Positions 1-10,656 are shown, counted from the stretch's first letter. The stretch: DNA of 32,000 nt from Mycoplasma mycoides subsp. capri (GCF_018389705.1 NZ_CP065581.1:240001-272000); one strand, 5' to 3'. Notes: generated by a model from the sequence alone, not told the origin. Program-made: numbers and translations.

Positions 1-1463
1 AAATTAATAAAGAAATTAATGAATTAGTTACAAGAAAAAAGAAATTAGAAAAAGATAATAAAAATGATTCAAATAAAACAGAAATTGATAAACTAACTGA
101 ACAAATTAAACAAAAAACAATAGAACTAAAAACAATTCAAAAAAAAGCTTTACCAGCTGAAGCAGGAATAACTAAATTAATAAAATTTAAATTTGATTGA
201 AATGATCAATTTTGAAAAAACATTAAATTAAATGAAGTTATTAAAATTGATACTATTAAATATGGAATTTCTAATACTGATTTTTCATCATTAACTAAAG
301 ATAATTTAATAGTTAAAATTCTTAATAAAGATGTTAAAAATGTTGATATTAAAAAAATAGAAAAAACTAATGATTTTAGAAACGCTAAATTAGTTTTAGA
401 TGTTTTATTAAAAGATAATAAAAAATTAGAATTAAACAAAAAAATAGGTGTTGGAAAATATAGTTTATTATATGAAAATGACTTTATCAAAAACAATATT
501 CAAGCTCCTTATTTTACAACTGAAAGATTAACTCAAGAAAATTTACAATCTGTAAATAAAGACTTTTTTAGACAATTTAATTCAGAATTATTTTCTGGTG
601 GGTATGCTTCATCAAGAGGATTTTATGCTCCAAAAATTACTACACCAATATTTATGCATATTGGAGAAGATTATGTAGCTAATGATTTTCAAGCTGTATT
701 AATGCCATATGATGGAGAGATTATAGCTGCATATGAATTAACTACTAAAATACCATTTACTGGAGTTGGAACAGTTGTTGTTGTTAAAATAAAAGTTTCT
801 GATTTAGATTGAACTCCTAAAGAAAAAGAAATCTATTTAAATGATAATAAAGATCATATTTATATGTCATTTTTACATTTAGATGCCTCAAGAACTTTAA
901 ATAATCAAAAATTAGGATGAAGCGCAGAAAAAGTTGTTTTAAATAACAATAGAACAATTCAAGTTGTTAAAAGTTTAACACCAGAAAAACCTCAAAAAGT
1001 AGCAAAAAATACTATTATTGGTTATTTAGGTAATAATGCATCTAATGGTGGATGAATGAGTCATGCTCATGTTAATTTATATACAAATAGACCTAGTTAT
1101 TTATCTGAAAATTACTTTTCAACTAAAGCTAATCAAGGATTGTCTGAAGATAGAATCAAACAATATCATCAAATAGTTAATGGTAAAGAAACTTGAAGAC
1201 AATTTGGAAATATTGGTTTACATCAATCACCAGAAAAATCACCATTTAATATATATGAAGTTGATCCAATTACTGGAGTAGAAAAACTAGATGAAAATAA
1301 AGAGAAAATCATAATAAAAAATGAACAAGCTTTATTTTTACCAAACTTAAGTATGAGTTTATTTGAAAAAAGATTAGGTTATGCTAATCCAAATTTAGTG
1401 TATAGATTAAGAGATAATAAAACAGTTTCATTTAGTGTAAAAGAAGTTAATAAATTAGCATAA
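1..1463 (+). CDS. M23 (LytM-type) metallopeptidase-motif surface protein, 5'-truncated by the window edge; upstream paralog of 1720..3906
   Basis: The frame is open from nt 3 to TAA at 1461-1463 once the five in-frame TGA codons are read as Trp. Motifs: MHIGEDY (H at 657, D at 669), FLHLD, and GGW-MSHAHVNLY (H at 1062 and 1068). The C-terminal ~400 aa align colinearly with the next gene. Confidence 0.75.
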
Positions 1464-1471
1464 AACTAAAG

Positions 1472-1494
1472 CAGATCTTATGATCTGTTTTTTT
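1472..1494 (+). terminator. Rho-independent terminator
   Basis: Stem cagatc, loop ttat, stem gatctg, followed by T7, 9 nt after the stop codon. Confidence 0.7.
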
Positions 1495-1613
1495 GTTTTA
1501 TATCAAAATAAATAGTTATAACTATAACTTATTTAAAACTTTTAATACTAATATTTAAAAAAATATTAAAAAAGGTCATTCTCAAATATTCATATTTTCA
1601 AGTATTAAAATTT

Positions 1614-1649
1614 AGTTAGTAATTAATTTACTAACTTTATTCCTATAAT
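1614..1649 (+). promoter_or_regulatory. Candidate promoter (TATAAT at 1644-1649) with a 9-bp inverted repeat at the -35 position
   Basis: agttagtaa (1614-1622), loop ttaat, ttactaact (1628-1636), then TATAAT 7 nt downstream. AAGGAG RBS at 1710-1715 and ATG at 1720. Confidence 0.35.
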
Positions 1650-1719
1650 AATAAATTTTTTATTAACATACTTATTTATAAAAAAACTGAAAAAATAATT
1701 ACAGTTATCAAGGAGATTT

Positions 1720-3906
1720 ATGTTTAAGAGCAAGAAATTGATAATTCCTTTACTAACTACACTAGCTGTTGTTCCTTCACTTGTTGTAGTTTCTTGTAAA
1801 AATCCTCAATCTACTCAATCTTTAAGTGAAAAAATTTATTTAAACTATAATTTACAAACTGAAAAAGACAAACAAGAATTTGAAAACTATAACCAAATTA
1901 ATATGTTAAGTGAAATTAATCAATATTTTACTAAACATGATCATAACAATGATTTAGTTAAATTCACAACTAATGGTGCTTCTGGAGATACTGTTGAATT
2001 TAACAATATAATGAAAAATAACTATGCATCAAAATATATAAAATTTGATCAAGACAAATTTAAAGAAATTATTAAAAAAGAATTTAATTTATCTGATAGC
2101 TTTTTAAACAGATTAGAATTTGAGGTTGACTATAATAATATATCAAGAGATTATGGTAATAACTTTGATATTATTTTTCCTATAAGAGTTAAACTTCCTT
2201 TAGTTAGTCATAATAATTTTAAATACCAACAAGGTTTATTTATTGAACAAACTTTTAACTTTAGAATTAAAAATGTAAAAGCAAGTAATAGTGAAAAAAT
2301 AGATGTATCTAAGATTAAAGATATATATAACGAACTTGTTAAATTAAAAGATAAAAATAACTTTACAGCTAGTGTTAAAGAAGTAACTGAAGAAACTAAA
2401 AAGCTAGTTGATGAGTGAGGAATTCATGAATTAAATTCAAAACAACTAGGTGATATTTTTGAAGTTAAAACTGAAGAATTTGACAAGTTAGTTAAAGATA
2501 AAGAAGTTGAACATAAAGTTACTATTACTGATGTAGATTTATCTGACTCTAATTTAGCTATTAATGAAGGATTATTAAAATTAAGACTAGGTATAAGAAG
2601 TAAGGAAAAAGAAACTGAAACTGGTGTTAATGTTTGAGTTAAGTTTAACTTTGATCAAAAAGATACATTTTGAAAAGAATTAAAAATAAGTGAATCTATT
2701 AAGGTTAATACTGTTAAGTTTTCTGAAACTAACACAGATTTTACTAAATTAATGAATGATAATTTAATAATAAAATCTAAGTCTAAATTCATTAAAAACA
2801 TTAAGTTAAGTTCAATTGATAAAACAACAGATTATAGAAATTCTGGTGTACTTTTAGAAGTATTAACTAATGAAAGTAAAGATAATGTAATAAAACTACA
2901 TAAAAAACTTGGTGTAGGAAAATACACTGATTTATATAGTGCTGATTTTACTAAAAATAACATTCATGCTCCTAACTTTGCAACTGAAAAATTAACTCAA
3001 GAAAATCTAAAAAGTATTAATAAAGACTTCTTTAGACAATTTGATTCAGAATTGTTTTCTGGAGGATATGCTAAATCTAGAGGATTTTATGGTGAAAAAA
3101 TAAAAAGTCCACAATATATGCACGTAGGTGAAGATTATATAGCTAATGATTTTCAGGCAGTAGTAATGCCATATGATGGAGAAATCATAGCAGCTTATGA
3201 ATTAACAAGCAATATTCCATTTAGCGGTGTAGGTACAGTTTTGGTAGCTAAAATCCCAGTTACCAACTTACCTTGATCTCCTAAAGAAAAAGAAATTTAT
3301 TTAAACGATAGTAAGGAACATATATTTATATCATTTTTACATTTAGATGCGCAAAAGACATTAAATAATGATAAATTAGGTTGATCAGCTGAAACTACAG
3401 AATTAGGAAAACAAAGAACCATAAAAGTTGTAAAAGAAGTTACACCAAAAAACCCTAAAAAAGTTTCTAAGGGAACTATTATTGGTTATTTAGGTGATCA
3501 TTCATCAAATGGTGGATGAATGAGTCACGCTCATATTAACTTATATACAAATAGACCTAGTTATTTATCTGAAAATTACTTTTCATCTAAAACAACCAAA
3601 TCTCCAGTTGATAAAAATAGACTTGATAAATATCATACTAATGATTTAACTAATAAAAAAGAGACTTTCACTACTCTTGGAAATGTTGGTGTTGAATTTA
3701 AACCAGAAAGTAAAATCTACCAAGTTGATCCTAAAACTGGTAAAGAAGATAAAAAAATGGAATTACAAGAAATACCAGTATATCTATCTGGTTTAAATAT
3801 GTTAACCATTGAAAAAACTAAAGGTTATGCTAACCCAAATCTAATGTATAAATTAAGAGATGAAAGAACAGTTTCATTTAGTGTAAAAGAAGTTAACAAA
3901 TTATAA
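1720..3906 (+). CDS. Lipoprotein with a C-terminal M23 (LytM-type) metallopeptidase motif set
   Basis: Track ORFs 1720, 2752 and 3520 are all in the same frame and are joined by in-frame TGA codons. AAGGAG RBS. Signal peptide plus lipobox MFKSKKLIIPLLTTLAVVPSLVVVS-C. Motifs: MHVGEDY (H at 3121, D at 3133), FLHLD, GGW-MSHAHINLY (H at 3526 and 3532). Confidence 0.8.
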
Positions 3907-3914
3907 TAATTAGA

Positions 3915-3942
3915 AAAACAAATCTATTAAGATTTGTTTTTT
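3915..3942 (+). terminator. Rho-independent terminator
   Basis: Stem aaaacaaatc, loop tattaa, stem gatttgtttt, running into a T tract. Confidence 0.65.
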
Positions 3943-4019
3943 ATTATTTTAATTAAAGTTTATAAATTTATATTTTTTATATTAAAATAAATAACAATAA
4001 AAAAAGGAAGTAAAAACAT

Positions 4020-4949
4020 ATGAATAAAGTTATTTATTTAGCTGGTGGTTGTTTTTGAGGTGTTGAAGCATATTTTTCTAAACTAAAAGGTGTAATTGAT
4101 GCTGAAAATGGATATGCTAATGGAATTAGTGAAAAAACTAAATATTATAGTTTAGCTAAAACTTTACATGCTGAAACAGTAAAAATTACTTATGATCCAA
4201 ATCAAATTTCACTAGAAGAATTATTAGTGCATTATTTTAGAATTATTCATCCTGATTCATTAAATAAACAAGGAAATGATGTAGGAACACAATATAGAAC
4301 TGGTGTTTATTATACTGATATAAATGATAAGAAAGTTATTGAATTAGTGTTTTTAGAATATAAAAAACAATATGATGAATTTTATGTTGAACTAGAAGAA
4401 CTAAAAAACTATATGACAGCTGAAGATTATCATCAAGATTATTTAGATAAAAACCCAACAGGTTATTGTCATGTTAATTTAAATGTAGATTTTAATTTAA
4501 CTGATAAAGAAAAAGAATTTGTTCAATTAATTAGAAAAGAATTAAGTTTAGATGAATTAAGCTTAAATGTTTTAAAATACTCAGCAACAGAAAAACCACA
4601 CACTTCAGAATTTAATGATGAACATAGAAAAGGTATTTATGTTGAAAAAATAACTAAAGAAGTGTTATTTGCTTCAAATACCAAGTTTAATGCTGGTTGT
4701 GGTTGACCTAGTTTTGCTACTCCAATTAATAGTAAAGCTGTTGAATATAAAGCAGATTATTCTCACAATATGCACAGAGTTGAAGTTAGATCAAAAACTG
4801 GAGATAACCATTTAGGTCATGTTTTTAATGATGGTCCTAAAGAAATGGGTGGTTTAAGATATTGTATTAATGGTGCTGCTCTTGAATTTATTCCTTATGA
4901 AGAAATGGATGAAAAAGGATATTCAGAATATAAAAAAATCTTAGACTAA
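4020..4949 (+). CDS. msrAB: Bifunctional methionine sulfoxide reductase MsrA/MsrB
   Basis: N-terminus [19 protein letters not shown] (MsrA active-site GCFWG, W encoded by TGA at 4056). C-terminal half GCGWPSF...[10 protein letters not shown]...RYCINGAAL (MsrB, W encoded by TGA at 4704). AGGAAG RBS. Confidence 0.95.
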
Positions 4950-4988
4950 TTTATAGAATTTATTAATAAAATATTAATATAAAAATAC

Positions 4989-5014
4989 TGCGAATTTAAA
5001 ATTCGTATTTTTTT
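4989..5014 (+). terminator. Probable weak rho-independent terminator
   Basis: Short stem tgcgaat/attcgta (includes one G-U pair), followed by T7. Confidence 0.45.
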
Positions 5015-5036
5015 GTTTTTAAGAAAGGAGAAAAAA

Positions 5037-6281
5037 ATGAAGCATTTATTAAAAATAATAAGTAGTTTAACTGTACTAAGTACTAGTGTTTTAGCAGTTA
5101 GTTGTACTAATAAATCAGAACAAAATAACAAAGACCAACTACCCAATAATAAAGATAATACTGAAAATAAAGATAAAAAAGAAGAAAAAGACCAACCACA
5201 AGCTGATCAACCCAGTGATCATCCTAAAGAAGAACCTAAAATTGAAATAAGTGAAGAAGAAAAACAAGAAGTTATAGATGCACTACAAAAAGTATTTAAA
5301 GAACAAGAAGATGCATTTGGTAGTTTTCATACACACCAAGAAGTATTAGATCAGTTAAAAGTTTATTTAAATGATAATAAAATCAAACATTTAGATCATT
5401 TAAAATTAACAAATGAAAAAGAAAAAAATACTAATCTTAAAGTAGATACTGAACATAAAAAATTAAATAAGATAAACTTAAGTTTTTTTGACAAAAATAT
5501 AATTTTTAGTCCTAAAAAAGTGCTAGAAAATGAAGTACAAGACAAATATATTGATAAAAAATTAATTCAAGTTGGTTATAAATTAGATAATTCGATTACC
5601 AGAATTAATCTGAAGCAAATTAATAAAAATACGACTCAAGTTCCAAGACATTTACCATTAAAAATAAATTCTTTTAATGAATCATTTAAAAATCTAGAAT
5701 CATCTAAGATAGATAATTTGGATAAGTGAAATACTAGAAATATAAAGTATATGACTGAAACTTTTAGCGAGACATCAAGTTTTAATCAAGATTTAAATTC
5801 TTGAGATGTTTCAGGGGTTATTGATATGACAAATATGTTTGCAGGGGCTAAAAAATTCAATCAGAGTTTAAATTCCTGAAATACAGCAAACGTAAAGAGT
5901 ATGTCGGGAATGTTTTGGGAAGCTGAAAGTTTTAATGGAAATATTTCAAATTGAAATGTTATGAATGTTGATGACATGTCAGTTATGTTTTCAGGAGCTA
6001 AAAACTTTAATCAAGACATTTCAAGATGAGACACTTCAAAAGTTGGTTCTATGAAGGGAATGTTTAGTGATGCTAAATCATTTAATCAAGACATTTCAAG
6101 ATGAGACACTTCAAAAGTAGGAACTATGGAACAAATGTTTGAAAATGCTAAATCATTTAATCAGAACCTAAAAAGATGAAATGTCGAAAAAGTAACACAC
6201 GCAGAGAATTTTAGAAGAGGTACTGAAAATAATTTTCTTGAAGAAAACCAACCTAACTTTGGACCGAACACCGCTAAATAA
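5037..6281 (+). CDS. DUF285 / BspA-like repeat surface lipoprotein
   Basis: AAAGGAG RBS, then ATG at 5037. Signal and lipobox MKHLLKIISSLTVLSTSVLAVS-C. A K/E/D/P-rich linker is followed by six and a half 25-aa repeats of the form W(N/D)xxxVxxMxxMFxxAxxFNQxIxx. The upstream start at 5013 in the ORF track lies in the preceding terminator T tract. Confidence 0.85.
5727..6176 (+). repeat. Six in-frame 75-nt (25-aa) DUF285 coding repeats
   Basis: Repeat-initial Trp codons sit at 5727, 5802, 5877, 5952, 6027 and 6102, with a partial seventh unit at 6177. All are TGA. Units 5 and 6 share a perfect 38-nt stretch (6006-6043 equals 6081-6118). Confidence 0.85.
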
Positions 6282-6328
6282 CCATTAAAGTAATAATATA
6301 AATAGATTTGAGACTGTCTATATTTATT

Positions 6329-6368
6329 AAAAATGAAACTTATAACAACAAAATAAGTTTCATTTTTT
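6329..6368 (+). terminator. Rho-independent terminator
   Basis: 13-bp stem aaatgaaacttat/ataagtttcattt with a 9-nt loop, followed by a T tract. Confidence 0.7.
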
Positions 6369-6418
6369 AATTTTTAAATAGTGTAAAATATAAATAGTAT
6401 AAGAAAGTTGGTGTCAAA

Positions 6419-7375
6419 ATGCTAGTGTCTTTTATAATTGCTTCACAAGCACATTTAGATAGATTAAAAACAACGCTTGATTCTATAAAACATCAAACTA
6501 ATAACTCACACCAGACTATTATTATAAGTGATTCTAAATATACAGATAATACTAAAAGACAATATATAAAAGAAATTTTTGATAACTCAGAAAATATTGT
6601 TTTAAGCGAAAATAATATTCCACAAGATACAGCAACTGATTGAAATTGTGCAATGCAATTAGCTAATGGAAAATATGTTGTTTTTGTTAAAGAAGGCGAC
6701 TTTTTATACCCAAATTTTGTTGAAGAAATTCAAAAAATCTCAGATAAATATAATGCAGATTTAATTGAATTTAATCAAAACTATAATGGTTTAGTTGATG
6801 ATCAAATTTCATACAACTTATTAGAAGCTAATAAATTATATGATTTAAATAAAGATTATGAAGTTTTTACTTATATTCAAAGACTAATTTATACTAAGGC
6901 ATTTAAACTTGATATTATTAGAAAAAATAACTTAACATTTAGAAGAAAAGTTAGATTTGATCATTTATTTACTTATAAATTTTTATCTTATTCAAATACT
7001 TGCTATATTTCTGATGATTATTTATCATTACATAGAATTTCAGTAATGAAATACTCAGCATTTGATTTGTTAAGACAATGACCACATATTATTAATTATT
7101 TTAGACAAATTAATAAATATAAACTTCTTAGTGATCAATTAACTTATGCTCATTATTATCAAACTTGTTATAAATTTTTAGATTTAATTGAAAAATATAA
7201 CAACCCTGTTTTATATAAAAAAGCTTTAAATATCACTGAAAACAAACTAAAAACTAAAATTAATCGTTTTGTTAAAAAAAATAAAGTCTTTTTAGAAAAT
7301 AAAGATACTAAATTTAACCAAAGAATGAATGATTTTGAGCGCTTTATATATAGTGAGCTTAAAAAAATAAAATAA
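6419..7375 (+). CDS. Family 2 glycosyltransferase-like protein
   Basis: ORFs 6419 and 6653 share a frame and are joined by TGA. The N-terminus VSFIIASQAHLDRLKTTLDSIKHQTNNSHQTIIISDS...WNCAMQLANGKYVVFVKEGDFL matches the GT2 pattern (beta1-xxYN-like, QT, xIxxDDxS-like, A.G.Y..F.D.DD-like). No signal peptide or TM segment. Confidence 0.7.
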
Positions 7376-8130
7376 TGAATAATTCTTTAATCACTAGTAA
7401 ACAAACTGATTTTAAACTAGATAATAACTATAAACTAGCTAGTTTGTGAAAAGTGTTTTTTGCTAGACTTTTTGATTTGTTAATTTGCTCAATACCACTA
7501 ATTATAATGTCAATTTTTTTAAAAACTAAAACTGGAGATATTATAAGCTTAGTAATTAAGTATTTAGTGTCTTTTTTATGGACTTTTTTTTATTTTGTTA
7601 TTTTAAGTTTTTTGTTAAGAGGAAATAGTTTATCTAAAAAACTTTTTAAAATAGAGTTAAAAAGTTTAAAAACAAATAAAATTAGTTTTTTTCAAATACT
7701 AATTAGAGAGATTTGATTTATTTTTATTCCTTTATTTATTGGGTTTATTTTCACTTTAATTTTTGCTTTTTTACTACCAGTTAGTTTTACAAAAACTCAG
7801 AGTTGAAGAATTTCTTTATCTTTAATTATTTATCAAATCGGACTAGTAATTGTTTTGTTTTGATTTTTAGGATTAATGATTTCAATTAGATTACAAACTA
7901 ATCATCAGTCTTTTATTGATATTAAATTAGGTTTAATTGTTATTCAAAAACAAAAAATTATAAAACAAGAACCAATTGTATCTAATCAAATTTTAACTAG
8001 AAATGATAAACACATTTCTTTAAATGAACAACCAGGTAATTTTGATTTAGAATTTATAGATGAATTAAAACAAGAATTAAATAATCAAAATCAAGACAAT
8101 AAACAGAATACAAATAACAAAAACAAATAG
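7375..8130 (+). CDS. Polytopic membrane protein, RDD-family-like, with a Q/N-rich C-terminal tail
   Basis: The ATG overlaps the GT2 stop (TAATG at 7373-7377). ORFs 7453 and 7876 are in the same frame. The N-terminus [23 protein letters not shown] has an RDD-like R/D/D pattern. There are 3-4 hydrophobic helices, and the tail is [16 protein letters not shown]. Confidence 0.6.
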
Positions 8131-8146
8131 AAAAATTGGTGTAAAT

Positions 8147-10315
8147 ATGTCAGTAGATCATTTATTAGATTTATTAAATCCTCAACAACTAGCAGCAGTT
8201 ATAAATACAGATAAACCAGTAAGAATTATTGCTGGAGCCGGTAGTGGAAAAACTAGAGTAATTACAACTAAAATTGCTTATTTAATTGAAAAAAAACATA
8301 TTGATCCAACTAGAATTTTAGCTGTAACTTTTACAAATAAAGCAGCTAAAGAAATGAAAGAGCGTGTTTTACAAATTACAAAAAATCAAAAAAAATCTCC
8401 TTTTATTTCTACTTTTCATGCTTGATGTTCTAAAGTATTAAGAATCGATGGAAAACATGTTGGTTTAAAAGATAAGTTTTTAATAATTGATTCTGATGAT
8501 CAAAAAAGAATTATTAAAAATGCTTTAAAAGAATCAAATATAGAATTAAGTGAAAATGATAAAAAAACTTTTGATAAAAAGATTTTATATAAAATTAAAG
8601 AATGAAAAGAAGAACTAGTTGATCCAGATGAAGCAATTTTAAATGCTAATAGTACTTATGATAGAAATTCTGCTATTATTTATAAACTGTATCAAGAAAC
8701 ACTTTTAAAAAATAATTCTATTGATTTTGATGATCTACAAATTTATGTTTATTTATTATTTAAAAATCATCAAGAAATTTTAAATAAATGAAGAAATGCT
8801 TATGATTATGTATTAGTTGATGAGTTTCAAGATACTAATGATATTCAATTTAGTCTAATTAAATTTTTAACTATAAATACTAATCATTTAACAGTAGTTG
8901 GTGATCCTGATCAAACTATTTATTCTTGAAGAGGTGCTAAATTAGATATTATTTTAAACTTTAATAAAACATATAATAATGCTATAAGTATTGTTTTAAA
9001 TCAAAATTATAGATCAACAAAACAAATACTAGATATTTCTAATAGTTTTATTAAAAACAATAAATTTAGAGAACATAAAGAAATTTTTACAAATAATAAA
9101 TCAGGTAAAAAAGTAGTTTTAAAAGAATGTAATTCAAAAACTAGTGAAGCTAGTTATGTAAGTTTTAAAATTAAAGAACTAATAAAACAAGGTTATCATT
9201 ATAAAGATATTTTTATTTTATATAGAATGAATGCTTGATCTCAAGAATTTGAAAAAGAACTAATTAATAAAAAAATTCCTTTTCAATTAATTGGTGGAAT
9301 TAAGTTTAGAGAAAGAAAAGTAATTAAAGATGCTATGGCATTTTTAAAAATGATTTCAATTAAAGATGACTTGTCATCTCAAAGAGTTTTAAGTTTAATT
9401 CCAAAAATTGGAAATATTACAATTGAAAAAATTATAAATACTGCAAATTTAAACCATATAAGTATATTTGATTTAATTACAAATGAAGACAAAACATTAT
9501 TACAATCAATTACTAAAAATTTAGATGAACTTATTGAAGTGTTTAAAACAGCTCATCAATTATATTTAGATAATACAAATATTGAAGAAATTCTAAAATA
9601 TTTATTAATTCAATCTGGTTATGAAAATAAATTAAAAGTTAAAAATGAACATGATGATTTAGATAATATAAATGCTTTATATGATCAATTAAAAAGATTT
9701 GATGAAAATTTTGATGCAAACTATTATAGTGAAGATAATAAATTAATTGCTTTTTTACAAGAAGAAGCTTTAACTAGTGATATTGATGAAGCACAACAAA
9801 TCGATAAAGTTTCATTACTAACAGTTCATGCAGCTAAAGGATTAGAAAATAAAATAGTTTTTATTACTGGATTAAACCAAGGAATTTTTCCAACAAGACT
9901 ATCTGAAAATAATCAAAAAGAATTAGAAGAAGAAAGACGTGCTTTATATGTTGCTTTAACTAGAGCAAAAGAAGAATTATTTTTAACTTATGTTAAAGGT
10001 GATTATTCTCATATTATGCAATCTGAATTAAAACCAAGTAAGTTTATTCATGAACTTGATAAAGATTTATATGAATTTGAATCTCAATTTTTAAATAGTC
10101 AAATTTATGATACAAACCAACATAAAACACCTTCATTTTATGTTTCACCAAAACAACATAACTTATATAATGTTGGTGATTATGTTGAGCATAAATTATT
10201 TGGTAAAGGAATTATAACAAAAGTTATAAATGATCAATTACAAATTTCATTTACAAATTCTAGTTATGGAATAATGATTATAGCTGCTAATAATTCGGCT
10301 TTAACTAAGCTATAA
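8147..10315 (+). CDS. pcrA: ATP-dependent DNA helicase PcrA/UvrD (SF1)
   Basis: Motifs: AGAGSGKT (Walker A), [45 protein letters not shown]. Track fragments 8147 and 9335 are in the same frame, with intervening TGA codons. Confidence 0.92.
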
Positions 10316-10324
10316 TAATTAGAT

Positions 10325-10349
10325 ATGGTATAAATAAGAATGGTATAAT
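10325..10349 (+). promoter_or_regulatory. ptsH promoter region with two extended -10-like elements
   Basis: atggtataa at 10325-10333 and atggtataa(t) at 10340-10349 (TGgTATAAT). AGGAGG RBS lies 8 nt before the ATG at 10380. Confidence 0.5.
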
Positions 10350-10379
10350 ATTATTGTTAAATTTTAGGAGGATTAAATA

Positions 10380-10649
10380 ATGGCAAAGTTTTCAGCTATT
10401 ATTACAGATAAAGTAGGTTTACATGCCAGACCAGCTTCAGTATTAGCTAAAGAAGCTTCAAAATTTAGTTCACATATTACTATTATGGCTGGTGAAAAGC
10501 AAGGTAATTTAAAATCAATTATGAATGTAATGGCAATGGCTATTAAAACTGGAACTGAAGTAACTATTCAAGCTGATGGAAATGATGAAGAACAAGCAAT
10601 CAAAGCAATTAAACAAACCATGATTGACACAGCTTTAATTCAAGGATAA
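10380..10649 (+). CDS. ptsH: Phosphocarrier protein HPr
   Basis: MAKFSAIITDKVGLHARPASVLAKEA (His15 motif GLHARPA) and GNLKSIMNVMAM (Ser46 regulatory site). 89 aa. Confidence 0.95.
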   Translation: MAKFSAIITDKVGLHARPASVLAKEASKFSSHITIMAGEKQGNLKSIMNVMAMAIKTGTEVTIQADGNDEEQAIKAIKQTMIDTALIQG

Positions 10650-10656
10650 TTTAATT

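Noticed and set aside
206-496. 96-aa minus-strand ORF in the supplied track
   Set aside because: It lies entirely antisense to the well-supported M23-motif CDS. Its F/L/I/S/N-rich composition is what the complement of a K/N/E-rich AT-biased gene would give, and it has no RBS.
5013-5036. Longer N-termini given by the ORF track for three genes (starts at 5013, 23888 and 27436)
   Set aside because: The internal ATGs at 5037, 23981 and 27466 give canonical lipoprotein signal peptides or an EIIB N-terminus, and those at 5037 and 27466 are preceded by RBS-like sequences (AAAGGAG, GAGG). The upstream extensions run through terminator T tracts or the promoter/operator region.
4946-5146. 66-aa minus-strand ORF spanning the msrAB terminator and the DUF285 lipoprotein start
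   Set aside because: It runs antisense across an intergenic terminator and a lipoprotein signal sequence. There are no supporting signals and the sequence is low complexity.
5727-6200. Regular 75-nt periodicity that could be mistaken for a CRISPR or satellite array (also at 24563-25040)
   Set aside because: The repeats are in frame within a lipoprotein CDS and encode the DUF285 25-aa unit. There are no unique spacers, and the units are divergent at the nucleotide level.
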